From positions 1 through 38,224 of IMG/VR virus record IMGVR_UViG_2541047899_000010: a stretch of 38,224 nucleotides of DNA. The stretch is one strand, 5' to 3'. This document shows, piece after piece, positions 23,420-32,991 of the stretch. The notes under the pieces were generated by a model. It was not told the DNA's origin, did not search any database, and worked only from the letters and a program-made list of their open reading frames with translations. A program made the translations under genes and the position numbers. Within the stretch, counting starts at the first letter, position 1; every line of letters begins with the position of its first letter. Source of the stretch: a virus (Duplodnaviria; Heunggongvirae; Uroviricota; Caudoviricetes).

Positions 23420-23942
23420 TTCGTTGTTACCACCATCAGCCAGCAATTTCATGCGTTGTGCCGAAGCCGTCGGAACACGCATTACAGACATTCCGGTAGA
23501 CCTCAACACGCTGTGGTCGCCGGACACCTGCCCGGTGCATCTGCTGCCTTATCTCGCCTGGGCGTTTTCCGTTGACCGCTGGGATCGCAACTGGCCGGAA
23601 GAGACAAAGCGACAGGTTATTCGTGATGCATGGCTGATACACCGACACAAAGGGACCATCAGCGCACTGCGCCGGGCCATTGAGCCGCTGGGATACCTCA
23701 TTCGCGTGTCTGAGTGGTGGGAGTTCGGCGGAGAACCGGGAACATTTACCGTTGAAGTCGGCACGCTGGACAGTGGCGTGACGGAGGAAATGTATCTGGA
23801 AATGGAGCGGTTGATTGCTGATGCCCGTCCGGTCAGCCGCCACATGACAGGGCTGAATATCATTCAGGAGATCCCGGGAGATATTTTCGCGGCGGCAGCA
23901 ACTTACGACGGTGAAGTCATTACCATTTATCCGGACGATTAA
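23412..23942 (+). CDS. I: Baseplate protein I (P2 gpI-like)
   Basis: ATG at 23412 overlaps the J stop; 176 aa, the size of P2 I. Confidence 0.75.
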   Translation: MSNSLLPPSASNFMRCAEAVGTRITDIPVDLNTLWSPDTCPVHLLPYLAWAFSVDRWDRNWPEETKRQVIRDAWLIHRHKGTISALRRAIEPLGYLIRVSEWWEFGGEPGTFTVEVGTLDSGVTEEMYLEMERLIADARPVSRHMTGLNIIQEIPGDIFAAAATYDGEVITIYPDD

Positions 23943-23944
23943 GC

Positions 23945-26095
23945 ATGAGTACCACAACACGTAAATTTAAAACCGTTATCACCGATACGGGTGCCAAAAA
24001 ATTAGCTCAGGCAGCCGCGCCAGATGGTAAGCCTGTCCGCCTGACTCATATGGCCGTGGGCGACGGTGGCGGTACATTGCCCACACCTGACAGTAAGCAG
24101 ACCCGTCTGGTGCATGAGGTGTGGCGACATACTGTTAATCGCGTCATCCTGGACGCAACACATCAGAACCGTATTATTGCAGAGCTGGTTATTCCTCCTG
24201 AAACGGGCGGATTCTGGATCCGGGAAATTGGTGTATTTGATGAGCACGGCGATTTAATCGCGGTGGGCAATACTGCCGAAAGTTACAAGCCAGCCGTTGC
24301 CGAAGGGTCCGGTCGTGCACAAACATTTCGCACCATTCTGACCGTATCCAGCACTGCCACCGTGGCGCTTACCGTGGATAACACCATGGTGATGGCCACA
24401 GTGGATTACGTGGATGACAAACTGAAAGAGCATGAACAGTCACGACGTCACCCGGACGCCTCGCTGACCGCAAAAGGCTTTGTTCAACTCAGTAGCGCTA
24501 CTAACAGCGTGTCTGAAACGCAGGCTGCAACGCCGAAAGCAGTAAAGGCCGCGTATGACCTTGCTAACGGTAAATATACTGCGCAGGATGCCAGCACGAC
24601 GCGAAAAGGCCTTGTCCAGCTCAGTAGCGCCACCAACAGCACGTCTGAAACGCAGGCTGCAACGCCGAAAGCAGTAAAGGCCGCGTATGACCTTGCTAAC
24701 GCAAAATATACCGCTCAGGACGCCACGACGGCACAAAAAGGGATAGTCCAGCTCAGTAGTGCCACCAACAGCACGTCTGAAACACTGGCCGCGACATCGA
24801 AAGCGGTTAAGGCGGTAATGGATGAAACGAACAAGAAAGCGCCCTTAAACAGTCCTGCGCTGACCGGAACGCCAACAACGCCAACTGCGCGACAGGGAAC
24901 GAATAATACCCAAATCGCAAGCACGGCTTTCGTTATGGCTGCGATTGCCGCCCTTGTAGATTCGTCACCTGACGCACTGAATACGCTGAACGAGTTAGCG
25001 GCGGCGCTGGGAAACGACCCGAATTTTGCGACCACCATGACTAACGCGCTTGCGGGTAAGCAACCGAAAGATGCCACCCTGACGGCGCTGGCCGGGCTTG
25101 CTACTGCGGCAGACAGGTTTCCGTATTTTACGGGGAATGATGTCGCCAGCCTGGCAACCCTGACAAAAGTCGGGCGGGATATTCTTGCGAAATCGACCGT
25201 TGCTGCCGTTATCGAATACCTCGGTTTACAAGAAACGGTAAACAGGGCTGGTAACGCCGTGCAAAAAAATGGCGATACTTTGTCCGGTGGGCTTACTTTT
25301 GAAAATGACTCAATCCTTGCCTGGATTCGAAATACTGACTGGGCGAAGATTGGATTTAAAAATGATGCCGATGGTGACACTGATTCATACATGTGGTTTG
25401 AGACAGGCGACAACGGCAATGAATATTTCAAATGGAGAAGCAAACAAAGCACCACAACAAAAGACCTGATGACGCTGAAATGGGATGCACTAAATATTCT
25501 TGTTAATGCCGTCATTAATGGCAGCCTTGGAGTTGGTACGACGAATGCGTTAGGTGGTAGCTCTATTGTTTTTGGTGATAATGATACCGGATTTAAACAG
25601 AATGGAGACGGTATTCTTGATGTTTATGCTAATAGTCAGCGTGTATTCCGCTTTCAGAATGGAGTGGCTATTGCTTTTAAAAATATTCAGGCTGGGGATG
25701 GTAAAAAATTCACGCTATCCAGCTCCAACAACTCCACGAAGAACGTAGGGTTTAATTTATGGGGCGCTTCATCAAGACCAACTGTTGCAGAGCTTGGTGA
25801 TGATTCAGGCTGGCATTTCTATAGTCAGCGAAATACAGATAACTCGGTGATATTTGCTGTAAACGGTCAGATACAACCCAGCAACTGGGGGAATTTTGAT
25901 TCACGCTATGTGAGAGATGTCAGACTTGGCACGCGTGTTGTTCAAACTATGCAAAAAGGCGTGATGTATGAAAAATCAGGCCATGCAATTACGGGGCTTG
26001 GCATTGTCGGCGAAGTTGATGGCGATGATCCGGCTGTGTTCAGACCAATACAAAAATACATCAATGGCACATGGTATAACGTTGCACAGGTATAA
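23945..26095 (+). CDS. H: Tail fibre protein H with constant N-terminal part and invertible C-terminal part (current orientation)
   Basis: 716 aa with three tandem 39-aa phage tail-fibre repeats (QLSSATNSTSETQAATPKAVKAAYDLAN). The crossover site at 25209..25234 lies in frame within the gene (...AAVIEYLGLQE...). Confidence 0.9.
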   Translation: MSTTTRKFKTVITDTGAKKLAQAAAPDGKPVRLTHMAVGDGGGTLPTPDSKQTRLVHEVWRHTVNRVILDATHQNRIIAELVIPPETGGFWIREIGVFDEHGDLIAVGNTAESYKPAVAEGSGRAQTFRTILTVSSTATVALTVDNTMVMATVDYVDDKLKEHEQSRRHPDASLTAKGFVQLSSATNSVSETQAATPKAVKAAYDLANGKYTAQDASTTRKGLVQLSSATNSTSETQAATPKAVKAAYDLANAKYTAQDATTAQKGIVQLSSATNSTSETLAATSKAVKAVMDETNKKAPLNSPALTGTPTTPTARQGTNNTQIASTAFVMAAIAALVDSSPDALNTLNELAAALGNDPNFATTMTNALAGKQPKDATLTALAGLATAADRFPYFTGNDVASLATLTKVGRDILAKSTVAAVIEYLGLQETVNRAGNAVQKNGDTLSGGLTFENDSILAWIRNTDWAKIGFKNDADGDTDSYMWFETGDNGNEYFKWRSKQSTTTKDLMTLKWDALNILVNAVINGSLGVGTTNALGGSSIVFGDNDTGFKQNGDGILDVYANSQRVFRFQNGVAIAFKNIQAGDGKKFTLSSSNNSTKNVGFNLWGASSRPTVAELGDDSGWHFYSQRNTDNSVIFAVNGQIQPSNWGNFDSRYVRDVRLGTRVVQTMQKGVMYEKSGHAITGLGIVGEVDGDDPAVFRPIQKYINGTWYNVAQV
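24464..24820. repeat. Three tandem 117-bp repeats within tail fibre gene H
   Basis: A 55-nt core (gaaacgcaggctgcaacgccgaaagcagtaaaggccgcgtatgaccttgctaacg) recurs exactly at about 24518 and 24648, with a third diverged copy. Confidence 0.8.
25209..25234. other. Left 26-bp gix/hix-like crossover site for the DNA invertase
   Basis: TTATCGAATACCTCGGTTTACAAGAA; inverted match to the site at 27887..27912; resembles the Mu gix sequence (recalled). Confidence 0.8.
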
Positions 26096-26098
26096 ATC

Positions 26099-26626
26099 AT
26101 GCAGCATTTAAAAAACATTACTGCTGGCAATCCTAAAACAAAAGAGCAATATCAGCTAACAAAGAATTTTGATGTTATCTGGTTGTGGTCAGAAGATGGG
26201 AAAAACTGGTACGAGGAATTAAAGAACTTTCAGGAAGACACAATAAAAATTCTTTATGACGAGAATAATATTATTGTCGCCATCACCAAAGATGCCTCCA
26301 CGCTTAACCCTGAAGGCTATAGCGTCGTTGAAGTTCCTGATATTACAGCTAATCGCCGTGCCGATGATTCAGGTAAGTGGATGTTTAAGGACGGGGCTGT
26401 AGTTAAGCGGATTTATACGGCAGACGAACAGCAACAACAGGCCAAATCACAAAAGGCCGCATTACTTTCCGAAGCTGAATCAGTTATCCAGCCACTGGAA
26501 CGCGCTGTCAGGCTGAACATGGCGACGGATGAGGAACGCGCACGACTGGAGTCATGGGAACGCTACAGCGTTCTGGTCAGCCGTGTGGATACAGCAAATC
26601 CCGAATGGCCACAAAAGCCTGAATAA
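26099..26626 (+). CDS. G: Tail fibre assembly chaperone G
   Basis: 175 aa; N-terminus [22 protein letters not shown]; immediately follows H. Confidence 0.85.
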   Translation: MQHLKNITAGNPKTKEQYQLTKNFDVIWLWSEDGKNWYEELKNFQEDTIKILYDENNIIVAITKDASTLNPEGYSVVEVPDITANRRADDSGKWMFKDGAVVKRIYTADEQQQQAKSQKAALLSEAESVIQPLERAVRLNMATDEERARLESWERYSVLVSRVDTANPEWPQKPE

Positions 26627-26632
26627 AAATTA

Positions 26633-26651
26633 AGGCCCGATAGCGGGCCTT
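26633..26651. terminator. Hairpin between convergent G and G'
   Basis: aggcccg-atag-cgggcct stem-loop; the T-run is on the minus-strand side. Confidence 0.4.
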
Positions 26652-26654
26652 GTC

Positions 26655-27188
26655 TCATTCAGGTTGTTTGGGAAATGTTACTGGCAGGCTGGAGGTGTCT
26701 GTGGATTCGACTTTCTGCGCGTAGAGCATCCACTCTGTTAATTTTTGTTTATTCTCGTCGGAAATGATACCCAGCCGTAGCTGTGAGTCCCATAGCTGGG
26801 TTTTATCCCTGACGAGCTGTAGCAAGCTTTGCTTTTCATTTTCCGCTTGTTGCCTCTGCTCTTCCTCGGTATAAGTTCGCTTTACCACTACGCCATCTTT
26901 GAACATCCATTTACCCGAAATATCAGCCCGGCGATTTGCTGTAATATCAGGTAATTCAACGACGCTTGCGCCTTCTGGATTAATTGCTGAAACATCCTTT
27001 TCAATACAAATAATAACGCCGTTATGGTCATAGACCATTTTCAACGTATCAGACTGGAAATTCTTTTGTTCCTCATACCAGTTTTTTCCATCCTCTGTAT
27101 AAAGCCATTTGATGTTAAATTGCTTTGTTAGCTGATATTGCTCTTTTGTTTTAGGATTGCCAGCAGTAATGTTTTTTAAGTGCATCAT
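26655..27188 (-). CDS. Alternative tail fibre assembly chaperone G' (expressed after inversion)
   Basis: 177 aa; N-terminus [22 protein letters not shown] is near-identical to G for about 22 residues, then diverges. Confidence 0.8.
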   Translation of the reverse strand: MMHLKNITAGNPKTKEQYQLTKQFNIKWLYTEDGKNWYEEQKNFQSDTLKMVYDHNGVIICIEKDVSAINPEGASVVELPDITANRRADISGKWMFKDGVVVKRTYTEEEQRQQAENEKQSLLQLVRDKTQLWDSQLRLGIISDENKQKLTEWMLYAQKVESTDTSSLPVTFPKQPE

Positions 27189-27190
27189 CG

Positions 27191-27904
27191 TTAAATACTC
27201 CCCGCGTTATACCACGTCCCATTAATGCAATACTGAATTGGCCTTGCCTGAGTTGTATCAATTAATTCGTCACGGTTTCCGTTAACTGAACCTGTAACGA
27301 CATAACCTGACTTATCAGACCAACCAGGCCCATTCCATGTTTGAACAGATGACAGTCCTCCTAAACGGACACCTGTAATAAATCGTGAATTACATTCCGC
27401 TTTAGTATATGCACCAACATCTCCTGCTGAAGGTTTTCTGGTGGTGGTGTAAAATTCGGACCAGTCGGCTTCAAAACCATAACCATCACGGGCTGAACGA
27501 TAAAAAATACCGCCATTTTTATAATTAATCCGAAACTGAGCTGCAGGACAACTTCCTTCTCCCATATAAAAATGAATAATTAACGTTGATGCACCACTAA
27601 TAGTTGCGTTATAGGCTCCGCTACTCCAGTTCCATCCAACTGCTTTATCATTCGCAACGGTGCTTCCTGTTTTCCCTAAGGCAAACGCACCAACATGACT
27701 TGCTTTTAATGTGATATCGGAGGAACCATCAAAAGCCACATTGCTTATTTTCCTGGCAGTTTTTAATTTTGCAGCTGTAGAAGCATTGCCGGATAGTTCA
27801 CCAGAAAGGCCACCGCTGAATGTTTGTCGATTAGTCCAGGTATTCGCTGTACTGAGTAACGGTATTTTCTCCCCGCTTGTGCCGAGTTCTCGTAAACCGA
27901 GGTT
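27191..27904 (-). CDS. Alternative tail fibre C-terminal segment Hv' (promoterless, fuses to the H constant part after inversion)
   Basis: The frame is open from 27904 and continuous with the H frame through the crossover site (predicted junction ...IEYLGLRELGTSGEK...). No start codon of its own. The 5' boundary is approximate. Confidence 0.7.
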   Translation of the reverse strand, partial: NLGLRELGTSGEKIPLLSTANTWTNRQTFSGGLSGELSGNASTAAKLKTARKISNVAFDGSSDITLKASHVGAFALGKTGSTVANDKAVGWNWSSGAYNATISGASTLIIHFYMGEGSCPAAQFRINYKNGGIFYRSARDGYGFEADWSEFYTTTRKPSAGDVGAYTKAECNSRFITGVRLGGLSSVQTWNGPGWSDKSGYVVTGSVNGNRDELIDTTQARPIQYCINGTWYNAGSI

Positions 27905-27912
27905 TTAGATAA
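27887..27912. other. Right 26-bp gix/hix-like crossover site
   Basis: TTCTCGTAAACCGAGGTTTTAGATAA; its reverse complement matches the left site at 21 of 26 positions. Confidence 0.8.
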
Positions 27913-27966
27913 TGGCCGTTTCTGACCTGCATGGCATGATTTACGCTTTTGGACGGGAGATTCAGC

Positions 27967-28554
27967 GTGCTGATTGGCTATGTAAGGGTATCAACAAATG
28001 ACCAGAATACAGACCTGCAACGAAACGCTCTTGTTTGTGCAGGATGTGAACAAATATTTGAAGATAAATTAAGCGGGACAAAGACAGACCGACCGGGATT
28101 AAAACGCGCTTTAAAGCGCCTTCAAAAAGGTGACACGCTGGTTGTCTGGAAACTGGATCGCCTCGGGCGAAGCATGAAACATCTGATTTCTCTCGTCGGG
28201 GAACTACGGGAGCGAGGGATTAATTTTCGCAGTCTGACCGACAGCATAGATACATCTTCTCCAATGGGGCGTTTTTTCTTCCACGTGATGGGTGCCCTGG
28301 CTGAAATGGAACGTGAATTAATTGTTGAACGTACACTGGCCGGACTGGCGGCAGCGCGTGCACGGGGGCGCACAGGCGGACGTCGACCGAAGCTGACAAA
28401 AGAACAGCATGAGCAAATAGCAAGGCTGATCAAAAACGGGCACGACAGAAAACAACTGGCAATAATTTACGGCATTGGTATATCGACGATTTATCGTTAC
28501 CACCCCGCAGGAGAATCAAGCGGAACAATAGAGAAGAGTCAGGAAACAAAATAA
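27967..28554 (+). CDS. Serine DNA invertase (Gin/Hin/Cin/Pin family)
   Basis: GTG start giving (M)LIGYVRVSTNDQNTDLQRNAL with the catalytic Ser in the canonical position; C-terminal HTH (GISTIYRY). About 195 aa. Adjacent to the right crossover site. Confidence 0.9.
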   Translation: MLIGYVRVSTNDQNTDLQRNALVCAGCEQIFEDKLSGTKTDRPGLKRALKRLQKGDTLVVWKLDRLGRSMKHLISLVGELRERGINFRSLTDSIDTSSPMGRFFFHVMGALAEMERELIVERTLAGLAAARARGRTGGRRPKLTKEQHEQIARLIKNGHDRKQLAIIYGIGISTIYRYHPAGESSGTIEKSQETK

Positions 28555-28585
28555 CCGCTAATCTGACCATTAGCGGTTTTTGTGT
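28554..28585 (+). terminator. Intrinsic terminator after the invertase gene
   Basis: accgctaat-ctgacc-attagcggt hairpin followed by ttttgtgtt. Confidence 0.6.
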
Positions 28586-28589
28586 TAAA

Positions 28590-29078
28590 TCAGAACAGCC
28601 CTTTAACTGAACTGGCCGCGCTGTTAAGAGATGATGTCACCTTATCTTTGAAGCCGGACAGCATATCGCTGAACGATGAGGATTGCAGGCGCTCCCGCAA
28701 ATCCTCATCACAGCGTTCAAGGGTCAGTGAAAATTCTATCTTTTTCGCCTTACCGTAGCGATCAAACTCGGAACGGGTCGTATTCGTTTCAGTCAGCACA
28801 TACATGCCGTAAATCTGCCCGACACCATCAATCAGAGGCCAGGGGCGTCCTGTATATGCCTGCGTGGTCAGCAACGAAAGCGACACTTCGCCACCTGTAA
28901 TTTCAGGATAAAGCACGCCAGAAAGCACAATGCGATCATCACCTGCACCGATATACTGCCAGCTTGCTGAGCGGTTAACGCGTTCATTTTTCACATGCCG
29001 CCAGCTTTTGTTTTGCTGTAACTGCTGATGCGGCAATGTGCGCAGCTCAAAAACAAACATGCCGTAGATCATCATCAT
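28590..29078 (-). CDS. U: Tail protein U (P2 gpU-like)
   Basis: From M3 (MMMIYGMFVFELRTLP...) recalled as matching the P2 U N-terminus (MMMVLGLFVF..); GAGGAG 8 nt upstream of this ATG. Confidence 0.8.
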   Translation of the reverse strand: MMMIYGMFVFELRTLPHQQLQQNKSWRHVKNERVNRSASWQYIGAGDDRIVLSGVLYPEITGGEVSLSLLTTQAYTGRPWPLIDGVGQIYGMYVLTETNTTRSEFDRYGKAKKIEFSLTLERCDEDLRERLQSSSFSDMLSGFKDKVTSSLNSAASSVKGLF

Positions 29079-29090
29079 GGCCATGACTCC

Positions 29091-31907
29091 TCAATCTTTA
29101 TCGTAAAAACTGCCACGTCCGGCACGGGCGCGCCGTTCCATCTCTGCCCTGACCATTTCACCGACCAGTTTCGCCAGTTCGCGGGGATTCTGCGTAACAA
29201 CGTTATGCAGATGGACATGAATTTCACCACCAAATCCGGAGGCAACAGGCTCCCGGTTACGGGAAGTTACAGGAACTGATGCCACTGGCGATCGTATGGC
29301 CTCCGCCACCGGGCGGGAGCTGGCCGCAACAACAGGGACCAGCGCCGGAGGCAGCGGAGCCGGGACCACGGGGGTGATATTAATTGCGGGGGCAGGCTTA
29401 CTGACCTGCGCAATCTTCCGCTCCTGCCACTCCCCACGAACAGCAAGTGCGCGGGGCAGGTTCTTAAAGACAATATCGCCGGGGCCAATGCGTTTTTTCG
29501 TCTCATCAACCAGCTTACCTGTGTTATCAGCAATTTTGCTGAGTCTGCGTAGCGTCCCGGTATTGCTGTCTGTGAGCGGTTTGTTGTCTTTGGGTTTATC
29601 ACCTCCGGTGCCATTGCCATTTTCCACAGGCTTCGGCGGATTGATTTTCGCCAGGTCCCCCTGAAGCAAGGCAACCTTGTCCTGAAGAATGGCCGCACGC
29701 TGTGCGTCTTCGATTTTCTTGCGCGCCCTTTCCGCTTCATCCGGAAGGACGCCAAGTTTTTCAAGTATCCACGCCAGCGTATCCAGTAGCATTTTTGCAG
29801 GTGTCAGAACAAGTTGTAACGCACCGCCAAGAACGTTACCGAATATCTCGCCAGCACTGGTACATTTATCCAGCGTTTCCTTGCTGGACTCCATCGGTGA
29901 CAGCAGCGATTTAAACCAGTTAAACACCAGGCTGATCCCGCTTCCGATTGCGTCAAAAACAGGACCAAACCGTTCAAAGGTTTCGCGCAACGGGGTCAGC
30001 CTTTCCATAATCCCGCTGAACACCCCGGCAAAAAATGCCCTGATGGGATCCCAGTATTTCCAGATAAGAACGGCAGCTCCGGCAAGCGCAGCCACGATAA
30101 GACCAACCGGACTGAACAGCGCCCCGATAGCGCCTCCCAGTAAAGAAACGGAACCCGTCACCATTCCCCACAGCGCAGGCAACACCCTGACGACATTCAT
30201 TGACCGGGTAAGAATGTCAAAACCAAGACGCAGGGTGGCCAGCTTCCCGTAAAGCACCCCAATAACCAGCGACAACGAGCCAATCGTTGCAGTCATTGCC
30301 AGCAACGCACCGCCTGCTATCAGTAGCTGGCGCGTCAGCACCGGATGGGCCTGCGCCAGCGAGGTGATTTTTTCAAGCACCCGCGTGAGCCACTGCGTGA
30401 CAGAACGCAGCGGACCGTCAACCAGATCACTGATGCGAATACGAAGACCTTCCCATGCGCTGTCGAGATTTTTCAGGTCCCCATCAAGATTATCGGCCAT
30501 TACTTTTGCGACGCGATCGGCCTCTCCCCTTGCCCCCTGCAATTCTCTGGTCAGTTTTTGCAGCTCTCCTGAACCAGCCGCCGCAACAAGCGTCTGCAAA
30601 CCAACGAACGCCTCTTCTCCGGCGATGTCCTTGAAGAAGGAAACCTGGTCCACCTGTCCGTATTTTTGTGTCGCCTTATAGAGATCAAGCAGCACATCCT
30701 CCATCGGGCGCATTTTGCCTCTGGCGTCAGCAACTGACACTCCCAGCTCTTTCAGCGCATCAGCCGCAGCTTTTGGCGGTGATGCAAGGCGGGACAGACT
30801 TGCGCGCATGGCCGTACCAGCATCGCTTCCGCGAAGACCATTATTGGCAAGCATCCCGGCCATGGCTGCCGCTTCTTCAAGACTGATACCAAGTTTTGCG
30901 GCAACCGGACCGGTATACTTCATGGTTTCGCCCAGCGCGCGTAAATCAGTATTGGTCCGGGTGAATGCCGCTGTCAGCGTATCGCCAACCCGGTCCATTT
31001 GATCGGCTGTCAGGTTGAACTGTGTGAGGATATTGGAGCCTATATCAGCCGTCTCGCCGAGTTCGACGCCACCTGCCAGCGCCATATTAAGAACACCGGG
31101 CAATGCGGCCTGAATGGCCTGCGGAGTAAAACCAGCCATTGCCAGAAAGCTCTGCCCACTGGCGGCATCACTCGCAGTAAACTGTGTTTCAGAGCCAAGT
31201 TTTAACGCCTGCTCACGCAGCGCCTTAAACTGCGGGCTGTTTTTGTCGATTCGCGTCAGTGCCTGAACGCGGGACATCTCTTTGCCGAACCCGATCGCAG
31301 GCTGCAAAAAACGCCCGGCAGCATAGCCGCCCGCCGCTGCCGCACCAATTGCCAGTGCACCACCTGTTTTCAGTTTTCCCGCTGTTTCCTGCGCGCGCGA
31401 ATACCGCTCACGCGCCCGCGTTACACGCGCAAGCGCCTGCCGTTCGCGTTCAAGCTGGTTGTTGTACTGTTCGGTGCGTCTGATGGCCTGCTGGATGGTG
31501 TTATCGCTGCCTGTCAGGGAAATGCCGTGGCGTTTCAGCTCTCCGCCAAGCTCCCGCATTTTTTGAATTTCCCGTGTGCGCGATTCATTCAGGCGTTCAA
31601 GCCGGGTGCTTAACTGCTGCATCAGCTTTTGTTGTTTTTCGCTGAGCACTGTACCCGTGCGTTGTAACTGATTAAGGGCGTTAAGCTGGCGTCGTGCTTT
31701 CACGATGCCCGCATCCGCTTTACTGACAGCGTCACGGGCGCGCTCAAATGAACGCGCCTGACGCTCGAGATTTTTGATCGCCCCCTGCGTTCGCTGGATG
31801 GAGTCACCAAACTGCCCCATCAGGCGGCGGGCGTTTTCGGCAGGCCGGGTCAGCCTGTCAACGGCGCTGAAAGCGACCCGGATATCAAGAGTCTTCATTA
31901 TCTGCAT
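29091..31907 (-). CDS. T: Tail tape measure protein (P2 gpT-like)
   Basis: 938 aa, coiled-coil-rich N-terminal third and Gly/Ala-rich hydrophobic stretches typical of tape measure proteins. An ATG at 31898 is an alternative start. Confidence 0.85.
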   Translation of the reverse strand: MQIMKTLDIRVAFSAVDRLTRPAENARRLMGQFGDSIQRTQGAIKNLERQARSFERARDAVSKADAGIVKARRQLNALNQLQRTGTVLSEKQQKLMQQLSTRLERLNESRTREIQKMRELGGELKRHGISLTGSDNTIQQAIRRTEQYNNQLERERQALARVTRARERYSRAQETAGKLKTGGALAIGAAAAGGYAAGRFLQPAIGFGKEMSRVQALTRIDKNSPQFKALREQALKLGSETQFTASDAASGQSFLAMAGFTPQAIQAALPGVLNMALAGGVELGETADIGSNILTQFNLTADQMDRVGDTLTAAFTRTNTDLRALGETMKYTGPVAAKLGISLEEAAAMAGMLANNGLRGSDAGTAMRASLSRLASPPKAAADALKELGVSVADARGKMRPMEDVLLDLYKATQKYGQVDQVSFFKDIAGEEAFVGLQTLVAAAGSGELQKLTRELQGARGEADRVAKVMADNLDGDLKNLDSAWEGLRIRISDLVDGPLRSVTQWLTRVLEKITSLAQAHPVLTRQLLIAGGALLAMTATIGSLSLVIGVLYGKLATLRLGFDILTRSMNVVRVLPALWGMVTGSVSLLGGAIGALFSPVGLIVAALAGAAVLIWKYWDPIRAFFAGVFSGIMERLTPLRETFERFGPVFDAIGSGISLVFNWFKSLLSPMESSKETLDKCTSAGEIFGNVLGGALQLVLTPAKMLLDTLAWILEKLGVLPDEAERARKKIEDAQRAAILQDKVALLQGDLAKINPPKPVENGNGTGGDKPKDNKPLTDSNTGTLRRLSKIADNTGKLVDETKKRIGPGDIVFKNLPRALAVRGEWQERKIAQVSKPAPAINITPVVPAPLPPALVPVVAASSRPVAEAIRSPVASVPVTSRNREPVASGFGGEIHVHLHNVVTQNPRELAKLVGEMVRAEMERRARAGRGSFYDKD

Positions 31908-32423
31908 TCCCGCTGCGAAGTGCCGCCCGCTCGCGCCAGCTAACCACTTCGCCGGGCGTCATCATGAAGATTTCGGCGGGCGACCAGTTAAAAATGGCGG
32001 CAATATCCGCCACCAGATCTTCGATGTGCTCAAAGCACACCAGGGTGATTACGCTGCCGTCTCCTGCACGCTCTTCGCGCCAGAGTCTGGCTCGCTCATA
32101 AAATTTACAGCCACAGCGCACAACTGAATAAAATCGCGTGACGACATTTTTTTAATCATCACTTCATCCAGTCGTGGCGAGGTCACGCGAGGCAACAGCG
32201 TAAACATGGTATCCGCTTTCAGATTCAGCACATCAGACAGCGACAGACCACGCAGGGATCCAGCCTGCTCAATAGCCCCGGTGATCTCCACATACGTGAT
32301 TTTTTCGCCACCACGCTCAATTGGTCGGGTCAGTTTTACGCCACGTTCGACAGCCATATCCTCACCTGCCGTCACATCATCCGCCACGGTGTTATTCCGG
32401 GTTTCAGTATCGATGTCTTTCAT
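31885..32423 (-). CDS. Tail assembly chaperone E+E' produced by programmed -1 frameshift
   Basis: The E' frame (ORF 31885..32121) is -1 relative to E and open from 32151. An A7 run at 32147..32153 (ATT AAA AAA ATG) is the candidate slip site. The P2 E/E' precedent is recalled. Confidence 0.6.
32049..32423 (-). CDS. E: Tail assembly chaperone E (P2 gpE-like)
   Basis: 124 aa; AAGGAG 8 nt upstream of the ATG at 32423; sits between FII and T. Confidence 0.75.
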   Translation of the reverse strand: MKDIDTETRNNTVADDVTAGEDMAVERGVKLTRPIERGGEKITYVEITGAIEQAGSLRGLSLSDVLNLKADTMFTLLPRVTSPRLDEVMIKKMSSRDFIQLCAVAVNFMSEPDSGAKSVQETAA

Positions 32424-32478
32424 CAGTTGTCTCCTTTTCAGTCAGAGGCGACGCACTGCGCCGCCTGCATATTACTTA

Positions 32479-32991
32479 TCAGCCAAGCCCAAGCGCGGAA
32501 CGGATACGGTCAGGCACAATGTCCTTGCCGTCCTTCCGGTAGATGTGGTTCAACAGGTCGATTTCCCACAGCGGGCGATCGTTAACGCTCAGCTTGTAGT
32601 AGGTGTTTTTGACAGCGTAAGTGTGTGATGTGGCTTCGCCCTGTTTGGCTTCCCCCATATCAATTTCCGTCACACGCCCGCGCATCTCGATTTCATACAG
32701 ATCGCTTTCTGCATCGGTGTAGTATTCACCCGCAAAACGCAGCAGCGTGCCGTCAATCGTGCCGCCATATTTAAGGAACAGCGCACGAACAGCTCCCCCC
32801 ATAACAAAACTCGCATCAAGCGCGGAGTCGTCCAGACCGAGATCAATACTTACCGCCCCCATCATGCCACCACCACGATAGCTGTCGGTTTTGCGCGTCA
32901 GTTTGGGCGGCGTGACGGACGTCACCTTACCCACTTCGTTTTCACCATCCACAAACAGCGTAAAAAAGCGAAGATGTTTTGGTACAGCCAT
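32479..32991 (-). CDS. FII: Tail tube protein FII
   Basis: 170 aa (P2 FII is about 172); start overlaps the FI stop. Confidence 0.85.
   Translation of the reverse strand: MAVPKHLRFFTLFVDGENEVGKVTSVTPPKLTRKTDSYRGGGMMGAVSIDLGLDDSALDASFVMGGAVRALFLKYGGTIDGTLLRFAGEYYTDAESDLYEIEMRGRVTEIDMGEAKQGEATSHTYAVKNTYYKLSVNDRPLWEIDLLNHIYRKDGKDIVPDRIRSALGLG

Larger units (their letters stand above)
25235..27886. other. Invertible tail-fibre segment (G-segment-like shufflon) carrying Hv-G and G'-Hv' cassettes
   Basis: Bounded by the two inverted 26-bp sites. Contains the H C-terminal part and G on plus, and G' and a promoterless alternative C-terminal part on minus. Confidence 0.8.

Noticed and set aside
24715-25515. 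266-aa ORF antisense to tail fibre gene H
   Set aside because: Shadow ORF within a strongly supported structural gene; no RBS.
29267-30252. ORFs of 120 to 190 aa overlapping the tape measure gene on both strands
   Set aside because: Embedded in the 938-aa tape measure gene; low-complexity translations.
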